NCBI GenBank assembly: GCA_963840035.1
Contig: CAWIXE010000001.1
Span: 992,001-1,056,000 of the forward strand
Length of the DNA: 64,000 nt
From: a candidate division FCPU426 bacterium
GTDB taxonomy: Bacteria > Oederibacteriota > PGYV01 > Palsa-1178
Direction of reading: 5' to 3'
The position numbers were made by a program, and so were the translations under genes. Under the pieces are notes generated by a model that saw only the letters and a list, made by a program, of their open reading frames with translations, searched no databases and was not told the DNA's origin. Positions 1 to 9,067 of this stretch are shown in pieces. The first letter of the stretch is position 1. Each line of letters opens with the position of its first letter.

Positions 1-1
1 A

Positions 2-517
2 AACGGGGAAGTAAAGTTCACACCGGAGTCCGAACTAAATACAAAAGCCGAAGTGCTGATAGTTGTTTACGACGGCCTTCCGGCATATAAGATAGACTCA
101 AACAGCTGGCCTAAGTTTGTGGAAAGGCCGGAGCCGCTCGAATCAGTTATGGTCACCGCAAATAAGGCGACCGCTGATTTCTACGTGGCGCAGGACATAT
201 CAAAAATGGGCGTTAAGAACCTCGAACTGCGCGTCGGGCAGATTATGCTGAAAAAAGTGGCAAGCTCCGTTGTCAAGCAGCTGGCAAAACAGGTGGCAAT
301 ACTGAGTCTTTTTGTTCAGGATGATAAAGCTGACACGCGTTCCTGGAGGACCATACCGGCAAGGTTCAGGGTGGCAAGGCTCATGCTTGAACCGGGCAAG
401 ACGAAAATTACCGTCACATTGAACCCGGCAGGCAAGGGCGCACCTGTAACCCAGGTTTTTGATGTGAACATGAAAAAGGGCGAAAAGAAAGCCATACCGG
501 TTTTCTTTTTCCGCTAA
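2..517 (+). CDS. COG3014-type lipoprotein, C-terminal part (5' end lies outside the window)
   Basis: Frame is open from base 2. Shares VVYDG and DDKADTRSWRTIP motifs with the two downstream paralogs. Confidence 0.75.
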   Translation, partial: NGEVKFTPESELNTKAEVLIVVYDGLPAYKIDSNSWPKFVERPEPLESVMVTANKATADFYVAQDISKMGVKNLELRVGQIMLKKVASSVVKQLAKQVAILSLFVQDDKADTRSWRTIPARFRVARLMLEPGKTKITVTLNPAGKGAPVTQVFDVNMKKGEKKAIPVFFFR

Positions 518-541
518 TTATAATATGCGGAGAACCAAAGT

Positions 542-1792
542 ATGAAAAAGATAATAATTGCAGCGGCAGTACTGGCTGTTTTTTTTACCGGCTGCGCAAT
601 GCCGTTTCGGCAGAAGCTTGATTCTTACCTCTCCACGCAGAAGTATATGGAGGCGGACCAGCTTATTGAAAAAGAGCAAAAAGAAGGCTCCGAGTATAAG
701 GATAAGAACGAACTGCTGTATTACTTTGACAGGGGTTCTGTTTCCCAGATGCTCGGGGAATACGGCCTTTCAAACGACTACCTGGCAAAAGCTGACGGGA
801 TGATAGAAAAGCTTTATACCAGGAATGTCGCTGACGAGGCGTATTCTTTTCTGTCAAACGACATGAACCTGATGTATACGGGCGAGGATTTTGAGCAGGT
901 GATGGTAAACATCCTGCGCTCCCTTAACTTCATGTACGAAGGCAATTTCAAGGACGCCAGGATAGAAGCCAAAAAAGTAAACAATAAGCTCAACTGGTTC
1001 GCGGATACTTACGGGGATAAGGCAGTTTACACGGATGACGCTTTTGCCAGGTACCTTTCGGCTTTCTCATATGAGGCAAACGGCGACATTAATGACGCTT
1101 ATATTGATTACAAAAAAAGTCTTCAGGTATATGAACGCTATGGCCCGGCGTATAAGATGGAGATACCGGGTTATTTAAAAAAGGATCTTTTAAGGACCGC
1201 GACAGCGCTAAGATTTAAAAATGACGTGGATGAGTATAAAAAGAAGTTCGGGGATATTAAATTCGCGAAAGACGCTGACCTTAAGTCAAATGCCGAGGTA
1301 CTGGTAGTGGTGTATGACGGGCTTTCAGCATATAAAGAAGCGGGTTTTAATAATTTCCCCAAATATGTCCTCAGGGAATACGCTGTGCAGTCCATAAGCG
1401 TGACAGCGCAGGCCGCAAAGTCTGAAGCGGAGTTCTATGACGCGCAGGACGTGGCCAGGATGGCGCATACTAGCCTGGAAGCCAGGGCCGCGCAGATAAT
1501 GACAAAAAGGATGGCCAGCACCCTGCTTAAGGAAGCGGCGAAAAGGGTGCCACTGGTCGGGCTTTTCGTGCAGGATGACAAAGCAGATACCCGCTCGTGG
1601 AGGACGCTGCCCTCGAGGTTCCTTGTAACCAGGATGACATTAAGTCCGGGCAAGTCAAAAGTTAAGGTAATCATCTATCCGAGGGGATATGATGAGGATA
1701 AGACAGGCACAATAGCTGTTGTGGAAAAAGAAATCGAGATAAAACTAAAGGCCGGGGAAAAGAAAGTAATTCCCATATTTTTTCAGATTTAA
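542..1792 (+). CDS. COG3014-type TPR-like lipoprotein
   Basis: Lipobox FFTG-C. Motifs LLYYFDRG, Y.GEDFEQVMVN, AFARYLSA, ADTRSWRTLP. Confidence 0.75.
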   Translation: MKKIIIAAAVLAVFFTGCAMPFRQKLDSYLSTQKYMEADQLIEKEQKEGSEYKDKNELLYYFDRGSVSQMLGEYGLSNDYLAKADGMIEKLYTRNVADEAYSFLSNDMNLMYTGEDFEQVMVNILRSLNFMYEGNFKDARIEAKKVNNKLNWFADTYGDKAVYTDDAFARYLSAFSYEANGDINDAYIDYKKSLQVYERYGPAYKMEIPGYLKKDLLRTATALRFKNDVDEYKKKFGDIKFAKDADLKSNAEVLVVVYDGLSAYKEAGFNNFPKYVLREYAVQSISVTAQAAKSEAEFYDAQDVARMAHTSLEARAAQIMTKRMASTLLKEAAKRVPLVGLFVQDDKADTRSWRTLPSRFLVTRMTLSPGKSKVKVIIYPRGYDEDKTGTIAVVEKEIEIKLKAGEKKVIPIFFQI

Positions 1793-1818
1793 CATATAAC
1801 TGACATACGGAGAAGAAT

Positions 1819-3123
1819 ATGAAAAAAATCATCCTTGCTGCAGCAACCGTTTTGGTTATGGCGCTTACAGGCTGCGCCCCGCTTAACTTTTACGGCAAGC
1901 TCGACCCCATGCTCGTATCCGGCGATTATAAGTCCGCGGACGAGCTTGTGGAGAAGTCAAAGGAACAGTACAAGGGCCAGCATGAGATGCTCTACTACTT
2001 TGACAAGGGCGCCATACTGCAGATGGCCGGGGACTATAAGGGAAGCGTTTCTTTCCTGGAGCAGGCTGACCTGAAGATAGACGAACTTTACACAAAAAGC
2101 GCCACGCAGGAAATAGGGTCGTTCTTTTCAAACGACATGAACCTGCCTTATGACGGCGAGAACTTTGAGCAGGTCATGGTGAACGTCATGAAGTGCCTTG
2201 ACTTCCTTTACGCCGATAATTTCCAGGACGCGCAGATAGAAGCGCGCAAGGTTAACAACAGGATGAACCTGCTGGTGGACAAATTCGAGGGCAAGACCAC
2301 GTATAAGGACGACGCTTTTGCCCGGTACCTCTCGGCGCTGTCATATGAGGGTACGGGAAAATTAAATGACGCGTACATAGATTATAAGGCATCCTATAAA
2401 GCCTACCAGGAATACGAAAAACTTTACGGCACGCCTGTGCCGCAGCAGCTTAAAAAAGACCTGCTCCGCATATCCGAGGCCATCAAGTTCTACGACGATT
2501 ATGACGGATATAAAAAGGATTTTGAAGGCTTGTCATATGTTAAGCAGCAGGATATGAAAGGCAGCGGCGAGTTTGTCATAGTGGTATATGACGGAATGGC
2601 GCCTGTCAAGGAAAGCAAGTTTTTAATGCATAGTTATTATGACGAAAAGGCAAACAAGTACCATCAGATACCCATAGCCTTCCCGCATTTTAAGGCCCCG
2701 AGGCCGGTGCTCGCGGGAGCGTCCGCCTCGTATAAGACAGCCGGCTATGAAGGGTTTGTGGCCGAGGATGTGGGCGCCATAGCTGTAAAAAGCCTGGAGG
2801 AACGTAACGTTTTGATTATGGCAAAGGCCGTGGCCCGAGCTATTACAAAGTTTGTGGCAAAGCAGGCTTTAAGCAATGGCGGCAAGAACGCGATGATGGA
2901 CATGCTGGGAACGATTTATCAGTTCGCTTCGGAGCAGGCAGACACCCGCTCGTGGAGGACCCTGCCTAACAAGTTCTATATCATAAGAGGCAGGCTCGCC
3001 CCGGGAAAGTATGATTTGAAAGTAACACTCACCATGGCGGACGGGACAACAAGGGAAGAGGTTGTGAAGGTAAAAATCAAGGACGGCAAGAAGGATATAG
3101 TGCCGTTGTTCGCTCTAAAGTAA
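1819..3123 (+). CDS. COG3014-type TPR-like lipoprotein
   Basis: Lipobox ALTG-C. Same motifs as the upstream paralog (YDGENFEQVMVN, ADTRSWRTLP). Confidence 0.75.
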   Translation: MKKIILAAATVLVMALTGCAPLNFYGKLDPMLVSGDYKSADELVEKSKEQYKGQHEMLYYFDKGAILQMAGDYKGSVSFLEQADLKIDELYTKSATQEIGSFFSNDMNLPYDGENFEQVMVNVMKCLDFLYADNFQDAQIEARKVNNRMNLLVDKFEGKTTYKDDAFARYLSALSYEGTGKLNDAYIDYKASYKAYQEYEKLYGTPVPQQLKKDLLRISEAIKFYDDYDGYKKDFEGLSYVKQQDMKGSGEFVIVVYDGMAPVKESKFLMHSYYDEKANKYHQIPIAFPHFKAPRPVLAGASASYKTAGYEGFVAEDVGAIAVKSLEERNVLIMAKAVARAITKFVAKQALSNGGKNAMMDMLGTIYQFASEQADTRSWRTLPNKFYIIRGRLAPGKYDLKVTLTMADGTTREEVVKVKIKDGKKDIVPLFALK

Positions 3124-3187
3124 GAGTTTAAGAGACAGGAGATAGGAGACAGGAGTAAGACAGAAAATGCGAAAAACCCTGTTTTTC

Positions 3188-3216
3188 TTGACTATTAGGG
3201 GGTTTTAATATATGCT
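3188..3216 (+). promoter_or_regulatory. Putative sigma70 promoter
   Basis: TTGACT-17 nt-TATGCT upstream of the ORF at 3286. Confidence 0.5.
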
Positions 3217-3285
3217 TAATACATGTAAACCAAAAATAAGGGTAAGGCGTCTAATATTTATGAAATCAAAAACTATTAAGGAGGC

Positions 3286-3894
3286 GTGAATATGAAACTT
3301 AGAAGGTTTTTAACGGCAGCAGCGATAGCTTGTTTTGTGTCTTCGGCATTTGCTTACATCCCTGAAAATTCGGAGGAAAACTCATTTCAGGCGAAAATCG
3401 TTGACCAGATGACAGAGGTATCAAACCTGGTAAATGACGGCATCAAATCAATACGCCAGGAAGTGGTAAGCTCGACTTACCAGAACGTAAAGGGCACAAA
3501 GTTGGGCGACGGCGGGCTTGCTGAAGGCGAAGCCGGCGAGGAAAATGTTACTTCCAAGGAAATCCTCTACTATGAACCGAAAGAAGAGATATATGAGGCG
3601 CGCGACGCCATGGACGAAATGCTCATATGGATAAACATGTATAACACAAAGTCAGGCGACGATGTTATTACTTTCAAGAAGATCAAGGGATATGTAAGTG
3701 ACAAGTCCAAAGCCCTTGATAAGATGATAAACGCCTTAAAGTATGAGAAGGACAACAAGGATTCGGTAATGAAGGCAAAAATAGCCATTAAAAAAGTGGA
3801 CAAGGACTTTGCCAGGTACGTGAAAAGGCTTAAAGGAAAGATAGTCCTGATAGACGGAAAGCCGCTCCCTGAACCGACAAAAGACAAAGATTAA
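3286..3894 (+). CDS. Hypothetical secreted helical protein
   Basis: AAGGAGG RBS, signal peptide ending AFA, followed by a terminator. Confidence 0.7.
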   Translation: MNMKLRRFLTAAAIACFVSSAFAYIPENSEENSFQAKIVDQMTEVSNLVNDGIKSIRQEVVSSTYQNVKGTKLGDGGLAEGEAGEENVTSKEILYYEPKEEIYEARDAMDEMLIWINMYNTKSGDDVITFKKIKGYVSDKSKALDKMINALKYEKDNKDSVMKAKIAIKKVDKDFARYVKRLKGKIVLIDGKPLPEPTKDKD

Positions 3895-3909
3895 AGCAGG
3901 AAAGACATA

Positions 3910-3945
3910 AACAAAGGCCGCGGAAACGCGGCCTTTGTTGTTTTA
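3910..3945 (+). terminator. Intrinsic terminator
   Basis: AACAAAGGCCGCG-GAAA-CGCGGCCTTTGTT followed by a T-rich tail. Confidence 0.8.
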
Positions 3946-3991
3946 TGGGCGGTGTACTGCCGGTATTTGGCGTGGATGTTTTTGATGTTTT

Positions 3992-4266
3992 GTAGCCGCA
4001 CCCTCTACGCTTCACCGGGGTGTGTACGCAGGATGTGGCTTGTCATTGGTTTGCGTCCATCAATGCCTTATCTAGGCGCAGGCCGGTGGAACGAAGGCCT
4101 GCGACTACGAAAACAATACCGGGCGAGCCATCCGTCTTCGCCTAAGCTTCGACGGACATGGCCGGCTCGCCCTACGAGTTCTAAGATAAAACAACTGGTT
4201 TTTGTAGAGACACAGCTTGCTGTGTCTCGCCTTCAGCGTTTGAGACGCAGCAAGCTGCGTCTCTAC
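3992..4266. repeat. Cluster of GTAG-type REP/REPIN palindromes
   Basis: Doublet 3992-4108, single REP 4121-4175, and doublet GTAGAGACACAGCTTGCTGTGTCTC...GAGACGCAGCAAGCTGCGTCTCTAC at 4204-4266. Confidence 0.75.
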
Positions 4267-4314
4267 AAATGCTTAATAAACGACGTATGAAGAGGCGGCA
4301 TAAGTTCAAAATCC

Positions 4315-4343
4315 TTGCTTATTACCCTGATTTGTATTAAAAT
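4315..4343 (+). promoter_or_regulatory. Putative sigma70 promoter of ileS
   Basis: TTGCTT-17 nt-TAAAAT. Confidence 0.5.
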
Positions 4344-4398
4344 TAAAAGATTTTACATTACGAAACCATTTGACTTATATTAAGGAGAAGCTAATATC

Positions 4399-7164
4399 AT
4401 GGACAAAAAAGACACATCCATACACCTTCCAAAGACCGGTTTTCCCATGAAAGGGAACTTAAACCAGCGCGAGCCGGAGATGTTTAAAAAGTGGGAAGAG
4501 GATAAGCTTTATGAGACTATGCTGGCAAAACGCGAAGGGGCGGAAAAGTACATACTTCACGACGGCCCGCCTTACGCCAACGGCAATATACACATGGGGC
4601 ATACTTTAAATAAAGTTTTGAAAGATATTATTGTCCGTTATAAAAACTTCAAGGGTTACTACGCGCCCTATGTGCCGGGATGGGACTGCCACGGCATGCC
4701 TATCGAGCATAAAGTCATGGAAAACCTCGGCTCAAAAGCCGCGTCAATGACAAAAGCTGAGATACGCCAGCAGTGCACGACTTACGCCATGAAATACGTA
4801 AAACTCCAGATGGAGCAGTTTAAGAGGCTTGGAATAATCGGCTCATGGGACAACCCGTACCTGACGCTGAATAAATCATATGAAGACAAGATGGTGGATA
4901 TATTCTGGGAAATGTACAAAAAGGGGATGATATACCGCGGCTTAAAGCCGGTTTACTGGTGCTACAAGTGCGAGACAGCCCTTGCCGAAGCTGAAGTGGA
5001 ATACCACGACCACTCCACGCCTTCGGTTTATGTCAAGTTCAGCATCAAAGACGACTCCGCGTCAAAGGCCAAGCCGGGCAATGACGCCAGCATAGTGATA
5101 TGGACCACCACGCCATGGACGCTTCCGGCAAATGTGGCGATAGCCGTGCACCCTGATTTTGTCTATGTCCTTTTTGAATCAGCGGGTGTGAAATACATAG
5201 TCGCAAAAGAACTTCTTAATTCATTTGCTGAAAAAGCCGGATTAAAGGATATAAAAGAAATCCGCACATTCAAAGGCGCTGACCTTGAGCTGATAAAGTG
5301 CAGCCATCCATTCCTGGAAAGGGATTCGCTGGTTATCACTGCTGATTACGTAACTTTAGAAACAGGTACGGGCTGCGTGCACATAGCGCCGGGCCACGGG
5401 CATGAGGACTATGTCTCAAGCTTAAGGTATAAACTGCCCATACTTAACCCTGTAGATAACAAGGGACGCTTCACGGACGAATTCGCGCCGATGAAAGGCG
5501 ACAATGTATTTGCGGCAAACCCAAAGGTTGTTGAACTGCTGCGCTCAAAAGGCGCGTTAATGGCAGAGGAAAAAATTAACCACTCATACCCGCACTGCTG
5601 GCGCTGCAAAAGCCCGATTATATTCCGCGCCACCAACCAGTGGTTCATATCCATGGAAAAGAACAACTTCAGGCAGCAGGCTGTGGAAGCGGTCAAGACC
5701 GTGAAATGGATGAATGACTGGGGCGAGTCCAGGATTACCAAGATGATAGAGGGCAGGCCTGACTGGTGCGTATCCAGGCAGAGGTCGTGGGGCGTACCCA
5801 TATTCGTATTTTCCTGCTCTGACTGCGGCGAGACCATAGTCACGAAGGAAACAATAGAAAAGATACATGAGCTCATAAGGAAAGACGGAAGCGACGGATG
5901 GTACACGCATACCGCGGCAGAGATATTAGGCGGCATAAAATGCCCCAAATGCGGCGGGTCAAAGATAGAAAAAGAAAACGACATATTTGACGTGTGGTTT
6001 GACTCAGGCGCGTCCTCGTTTTCCGTGCTGGAAAACTATAAGGAACTTGCCTGGCCCGCGGACCTTTACATAGAAGGTTCTGACCAATACAGGGGATGGT
6101 TTCAGTCATCGCTTTTAACCGCTGTCGGCGTAAACGGAAAGGCGCCTTTTAAGTCTGTCATCAGCCACGGCTGGATATTAGACGGACAGGGAAAAGCCAT
6201 GCACAAGTCGCTGGGTAATGTCATAGACCCGCTGAACTTAATTAAGAACGGAGGGGCTGACGTGCTGCGCCTGTGGGTGGCATCGGAAGATTTTAAGACT
6301 GACCAGCCTATTTCTGACGAGATAATGGCGCGCGTGACAGATTCCTACAGAAGGATTAGAAATACATTCAGGTTCATGCTCGGCGCTCTTGAGGATTTCA
6401 CCAAAAAAGACGAAGTGCCTTACGATAAGATGCTCAAGTTTGACCAGTACGCGCTGCATAAACTCGCGGAAATGGAAGAAACAATAGAGGCGTCGTATGA
6501 GTCGTTTGAATTTTACAAAGTATACAGGGAATACATCCAGTTCTGTTCCACTTTCCTGTCATCCTTTTATTTTGACGTTTTAAAGGACAAACTTTATACC
6601 TATAAAAATGATTCTTTGGGCAGGCGCAGCGGCCAGACTGTCGTGTATAAGATGGCGAAAAAGATGATAAAGCTGATAGCGCCGGTGCTGGCATATACCG
6701 CTGACGAGGCGTGGCAGTTTATGCCCGAAGGGTTAAAAGACGAAAAACACGTGCAGTGGGAGCTCTGGAACGAACCCAAAGAAACAAAGCTCTCAGGCGT
6801 GGACGCGGCTGACTGGGAAGTCATATCAAAGGTGCGCGACCTGGCTTTAAAAGAGATAGAAAAGAAGAGGGCCGCGGGAGAAATAAAGCACCCGTACGAG
6901 TCGGCAATAACAGTTAAGTATTCGTCAAAGTCACTTGACGGGATATTCAAAAAATACAAAAACGAGCTTGAGCCGGTGTTTATCGTCTCAAAGATAGTTT
7001 ACGCGCCGTATGACTTAAAGGACGGGGCCATAGAAGAGGGCTTAAGCATCGAAGCGGCAAAAGCCGAAGGCGTTAAGTGCTCCAGGTGCTGGAGATTTAC
7101 CGACGACGTGGGTAAACACGCGGAGTATCCGGAACTTTGCGGAAGGTGCGTTGAGAACTTATAA
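4399..7164 (+). CDS. ileS: Isoleucine--tRNA ligase (type 1)
   Basis: HDGPPYANG-HMGH, GWDCHG, WTTTPWTLP, SDQYRGWF, AMHKS (KMSKS variant), C-terminal CSRC...CGRC zinc finger. Confidence 0.98.
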   Translation: MDKKDTSIHLPKTGFPMKGNLNQREPEMFKKWEEDKLYETMLAKREGAEKYILHDGPPYANGNIHMGHTLNKVLKDIIVRYKNFKGYYAPYVPGWDCHGMPIEHKVMENLGSKAASMTKAEIRQQCTTYAMKYVKLQMEQFKRLGIIGSWDNPYLTLNKSYEDKMVDIFWEMYKKGMIYRGLKPVYWCYKCETALAEAEVEYHDHSTPSVYVKFSIKDDSASKAKPGNDASIVIWTTTPWTLPANVAIAVHPDFVYVLFESAGVKYIVAKELLNSFAEKAGLKDIKEIRTFKGADLELIKCSHPFLERDSLVITADYVTLETGTGCVHIAPGHGHEDYVSSLRYKLPILNPVDNKGRFTDEFAPMKGDNVFAANPKVVELLRSKGALMAEEKINHSYPHCWRCKSPIIFRATNQWFISMEKNNFRQQAVEAVKTVKWMNDWGESRITKMIEGRPDWCVSRQRSWGVPIFVFSCSDCGETIVTKETIEKIHELIRKDGSDGWYTHTAAEILGGIKCPKCGGSKIEKENDIFDVWFDSGASSFSVLENYKELAWPADLYIEGSDQYRGWFQSSLLTAVGVNGKAPFKSVISHGWILDGQGKAMHKSLGNVIDPLNLIKNGGADVLRLWVASEDFKTDQPISDEIMARVTDSYRRIRNTFRFMLGALEDFTKKDEVPYDKMLKFDQYALHKLAEMEETIEASYESFEFYKVYREYIQFCSTFLSSFYFDVLKDKLYTYKNDSLGRRSGQTVVYKMAKKMIKLIAPVLAYTADEAWQFMPEGLKDEKHVQWELWNEPKETKLSGVDAADWEVISKVRDLALKEIEKKRAAGEIKHPYESAITVKYSSKSLDGIFKKYKNELEPVFIVSKIVYAPYDLKDGAIEEGLSIEAAKAEGVKCSRCWRFTDDVGKHAEYPELCGRCVENL

Positions 7165-7169
7165 AAACG

Positions 7170-7243
7170 TGGGAAGTGGCGAGTGGTATGTGATATGTGG
7201 CTGTTTTTTATCACGTAGCACTTAGCACATACCACTAAGCACG
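7170..7243. repeat. Inverted heptamer tandem arrays
   Basis: GTG every 7 nt (gtgggaa gtggcga gtggtat gtgatat), facing CAC every 7 nt (cacgtag cacttag cacatac cactaag). Confidence 0.55.
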
Positions 7244-7265
7244 AATTTGTATTTAAAGAGGAATC

Positions 7266-7598
7266 ATGGCAAAGAAAAAACAGAAACACAAAAGCATCTA
7301 CGGCTCTGACCTTGCCCTCACGCAGAAACTTGCGGCTATTTTTGAGGCGCGGCATATTGAGGAATATATTGACATGAGAAAAAGGCCTTGGAAGCTCATT
7401 TATTTGAATTTCATTATCGGGCTTTCGCGCGGGTTTGGGTTTCTGCTCGGGGCAACCGTTGTGGGCGCGCTTTTAATAGCGTTTGCCAAAACAAGCCTCC
7501 ATCATCTCGGCGGTATGCCGTGGATAGGCGAGAAGATAGCGCAGGCTTACCTGTACGTAAGTGAAATAGTAAAAAATTCCGCCGCAGGAGGAAACTAG
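7266..7598 (+). CDS. DUF5665-like small membrane protein
   Basis: IEEYI...PWKLIYLNFIIGLSRGFGFLLGATVV pattern. Confidence 0.7.
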   Translation: MAKKKQKHKSIYGSDLALTQKLAAIFEARHIEEYIDMRKRPWKLIYLNFIIGLSRGFGFLLGATVVGALLIAFAKTSLHHLGGMPWIGEKIAQAYLYVSEIVKNSAAGGN

Positions 7599-8558
7599 AT
7601 GGCAGCAACGACCGCAGACCCTGTACTTGCAAGGAAAAAAGGGCTGATCTACATAAGGGCCATACTGACCCTGTGCCTTATCCTGCTGGCCGCTTATAAC
7701 GGCACCGGCGAGAACGTCAATGTGCCGCTTATCGGGGGATATCTACTCGTGCTTTTAGCCAGCAACATAGTCTTCATCCAGATGCCCAAGGAAAGCTATG
7801 AAGGTTTAAGGCTGCACTATATCATATTCATAACCGACATCATACTGCTGAGCCTTGGCACTTACTGGATGGCAAACCTTGATTTTCAGTTTTTCATCAC
7901 GATGTTTTTGACCATATTCATCTGCGCACTGAGCCGTTCCATAGGTTTTTCCCTGATTGTCGCGCTGGTGGTGAATATGGTTTACCTTTACATGAAATCA
8001 ATACAGCTCGGAGGCGTCAGTTTACTTTTGCAGGATAAGATACTTTTAAATATCCCCTTTCTTTTTATAGTTGCGCTTCATTCAAGCTACCTGGCAGAAA
8101 AGGCAAGCGAAGAGGAAGGCGACAGGAAGAGGCTGGAACGCTCCAAAAACAACCTGGTGGAACAGGTGAAAAGCAGGGATTGCGAGATGGAGGAGTTGTC
8201 CTCATTTAACATCCATGTATATGACAGTTTTAAGGAAGGCGTCATAGTCCTGGACAGCGCAGGCGTAATAAAAGTGTTTAACAGCCGCGCCGAATTAATT
8301 TTTAACACAAAAAGGGGCAAGGTAATTAACTATTTTTACCGCGAGGCAAGGATACTCGGGGAGGTAATAGACATCATGACGGAATTGAAAGCCAGGAAGA
8401 TGGCCGCGGTCGACAGGGAAGTATTTGCCATGATTGACGGCCAGAATAAAAAACTAATTGTAAATACCGCCGCCGTAAAAGGCGATGGGGACGTACCCGC
8501 CGGGATGCTATGCACCGTGCGGCATATAAATCAGGAAACAGGAAAGGAAAGCGCATAA
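7599..8558 (+). CDS. Membrane protein with a C-terminal PAS domain and no output domain
   Basis: 5-6 TM helices, a coiled coil, then PAS signature EGVIVLDSAGVIKVFNSRAELIF. Confidence 0.7.
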   Translation: MAATTADPVLARKKGLIYIRAILTLCLILLAAYNGTGENVNVPLIGGYLLVLLASNIVFIQMPKESYEGLRLHYIIFITDIILLSLGTYWMANLDFQFFITMFLTIFICALSRSIGFSLIVALVVNMVYLYMKSIQLGGVSLLLQDKILLNIPFLFIVALHSSYLAEKASEEEGDRKRLERSKNNLVEQVKSRDCEMEELSSFNIHVYDSFKEGVIVLDSAGVIKVFNSRAELIFNTKRGKVINYFYREARILGEVIDIMTELKARKMAAVDREVFAMIDGQNKKLIVNTAAVKGDGDVPAGMLCTVRHINQETGKESA

Positions 8559-9067
8559 TGCCACTGCTAATAATTTCAGCTGTTTCAATAGTGCTGCTTG
8601 ACCAGTATGTCAAATACATCGTAAAGACAAAGATGGCCATGTACCAGTCCATACCGGTCATAAAGGATTTTTTCCACATTACGTACATAGAAAACAGCGG
8701 CATATCATTCGGCATGCTCGGCCAGATAGACCACCCGGCCAAGAGGTGGATACTGCTCGGCATAGTACTGCTCGCCATTGTAATGATACTTGTTTACTGG
8801 ATAAAGTACGGCAAGGGAAAACCGGTGTACAGCCTTTCCTGCGGGCTTATAATCGGAGGCGCGCTCGGAAACTTTATCGACAGGCTTGTGACAGGCAGGA
8901 TAGTGGATTTTCTTGAGTTCGGCATAAAGAACAGCCGGTTCCCGGTATTTAACATCGCTGACTCGGCGGTGACCGTGGGAGTTACCATATTCATCATTTA
9001 CATGCTCTTCTCAAAAGAGGCAAAAGGGGATACACCGGATGCATCCGATACTGTTCAGCCTGGGTAG
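8558..9067 (+). CDS. lspA: Lipoprotein signal peptidase II
   Basis: DQYVK, NSGISFG, GGALGNFIDR, VDF, PVFNIADSA. ATG overlaps the upstream TAA. Confidence 0.95.
   Translation: MPLLIISAVSIVLLDQYVKYIVKTKMAMYQSIPVIKDFFHITYIENSGISFGMLGQIDHPAKRWILLGIVLLAIVMILVYWIKYGKGKPVYSLSCGLIIGGALGNFIDRLVTGRIVDFLEFGIKNSRFPVFNIADSAVTVGVTIFIIYMLFSKEAKGDTPDASDTVQPG

Noticed and set aside
3952..4290. 112-aa ORF upstream of ileS
   Set aside because: Runs through REP palindromes, has no RBS and no protein-like features.
3950..4398. Possible T-box riboswitch before ileS
   Set aside because: No T-box or antiterminator motif is visible. The hairpins are REPs, and a promoter lies only ~55 nt before the start codon.
7222..7240. 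CIRCE-like TTAGCAC
   Set aside because: It is part of a heptamer array, lacks the second half-site, and is not upstream of a chaperone gene.
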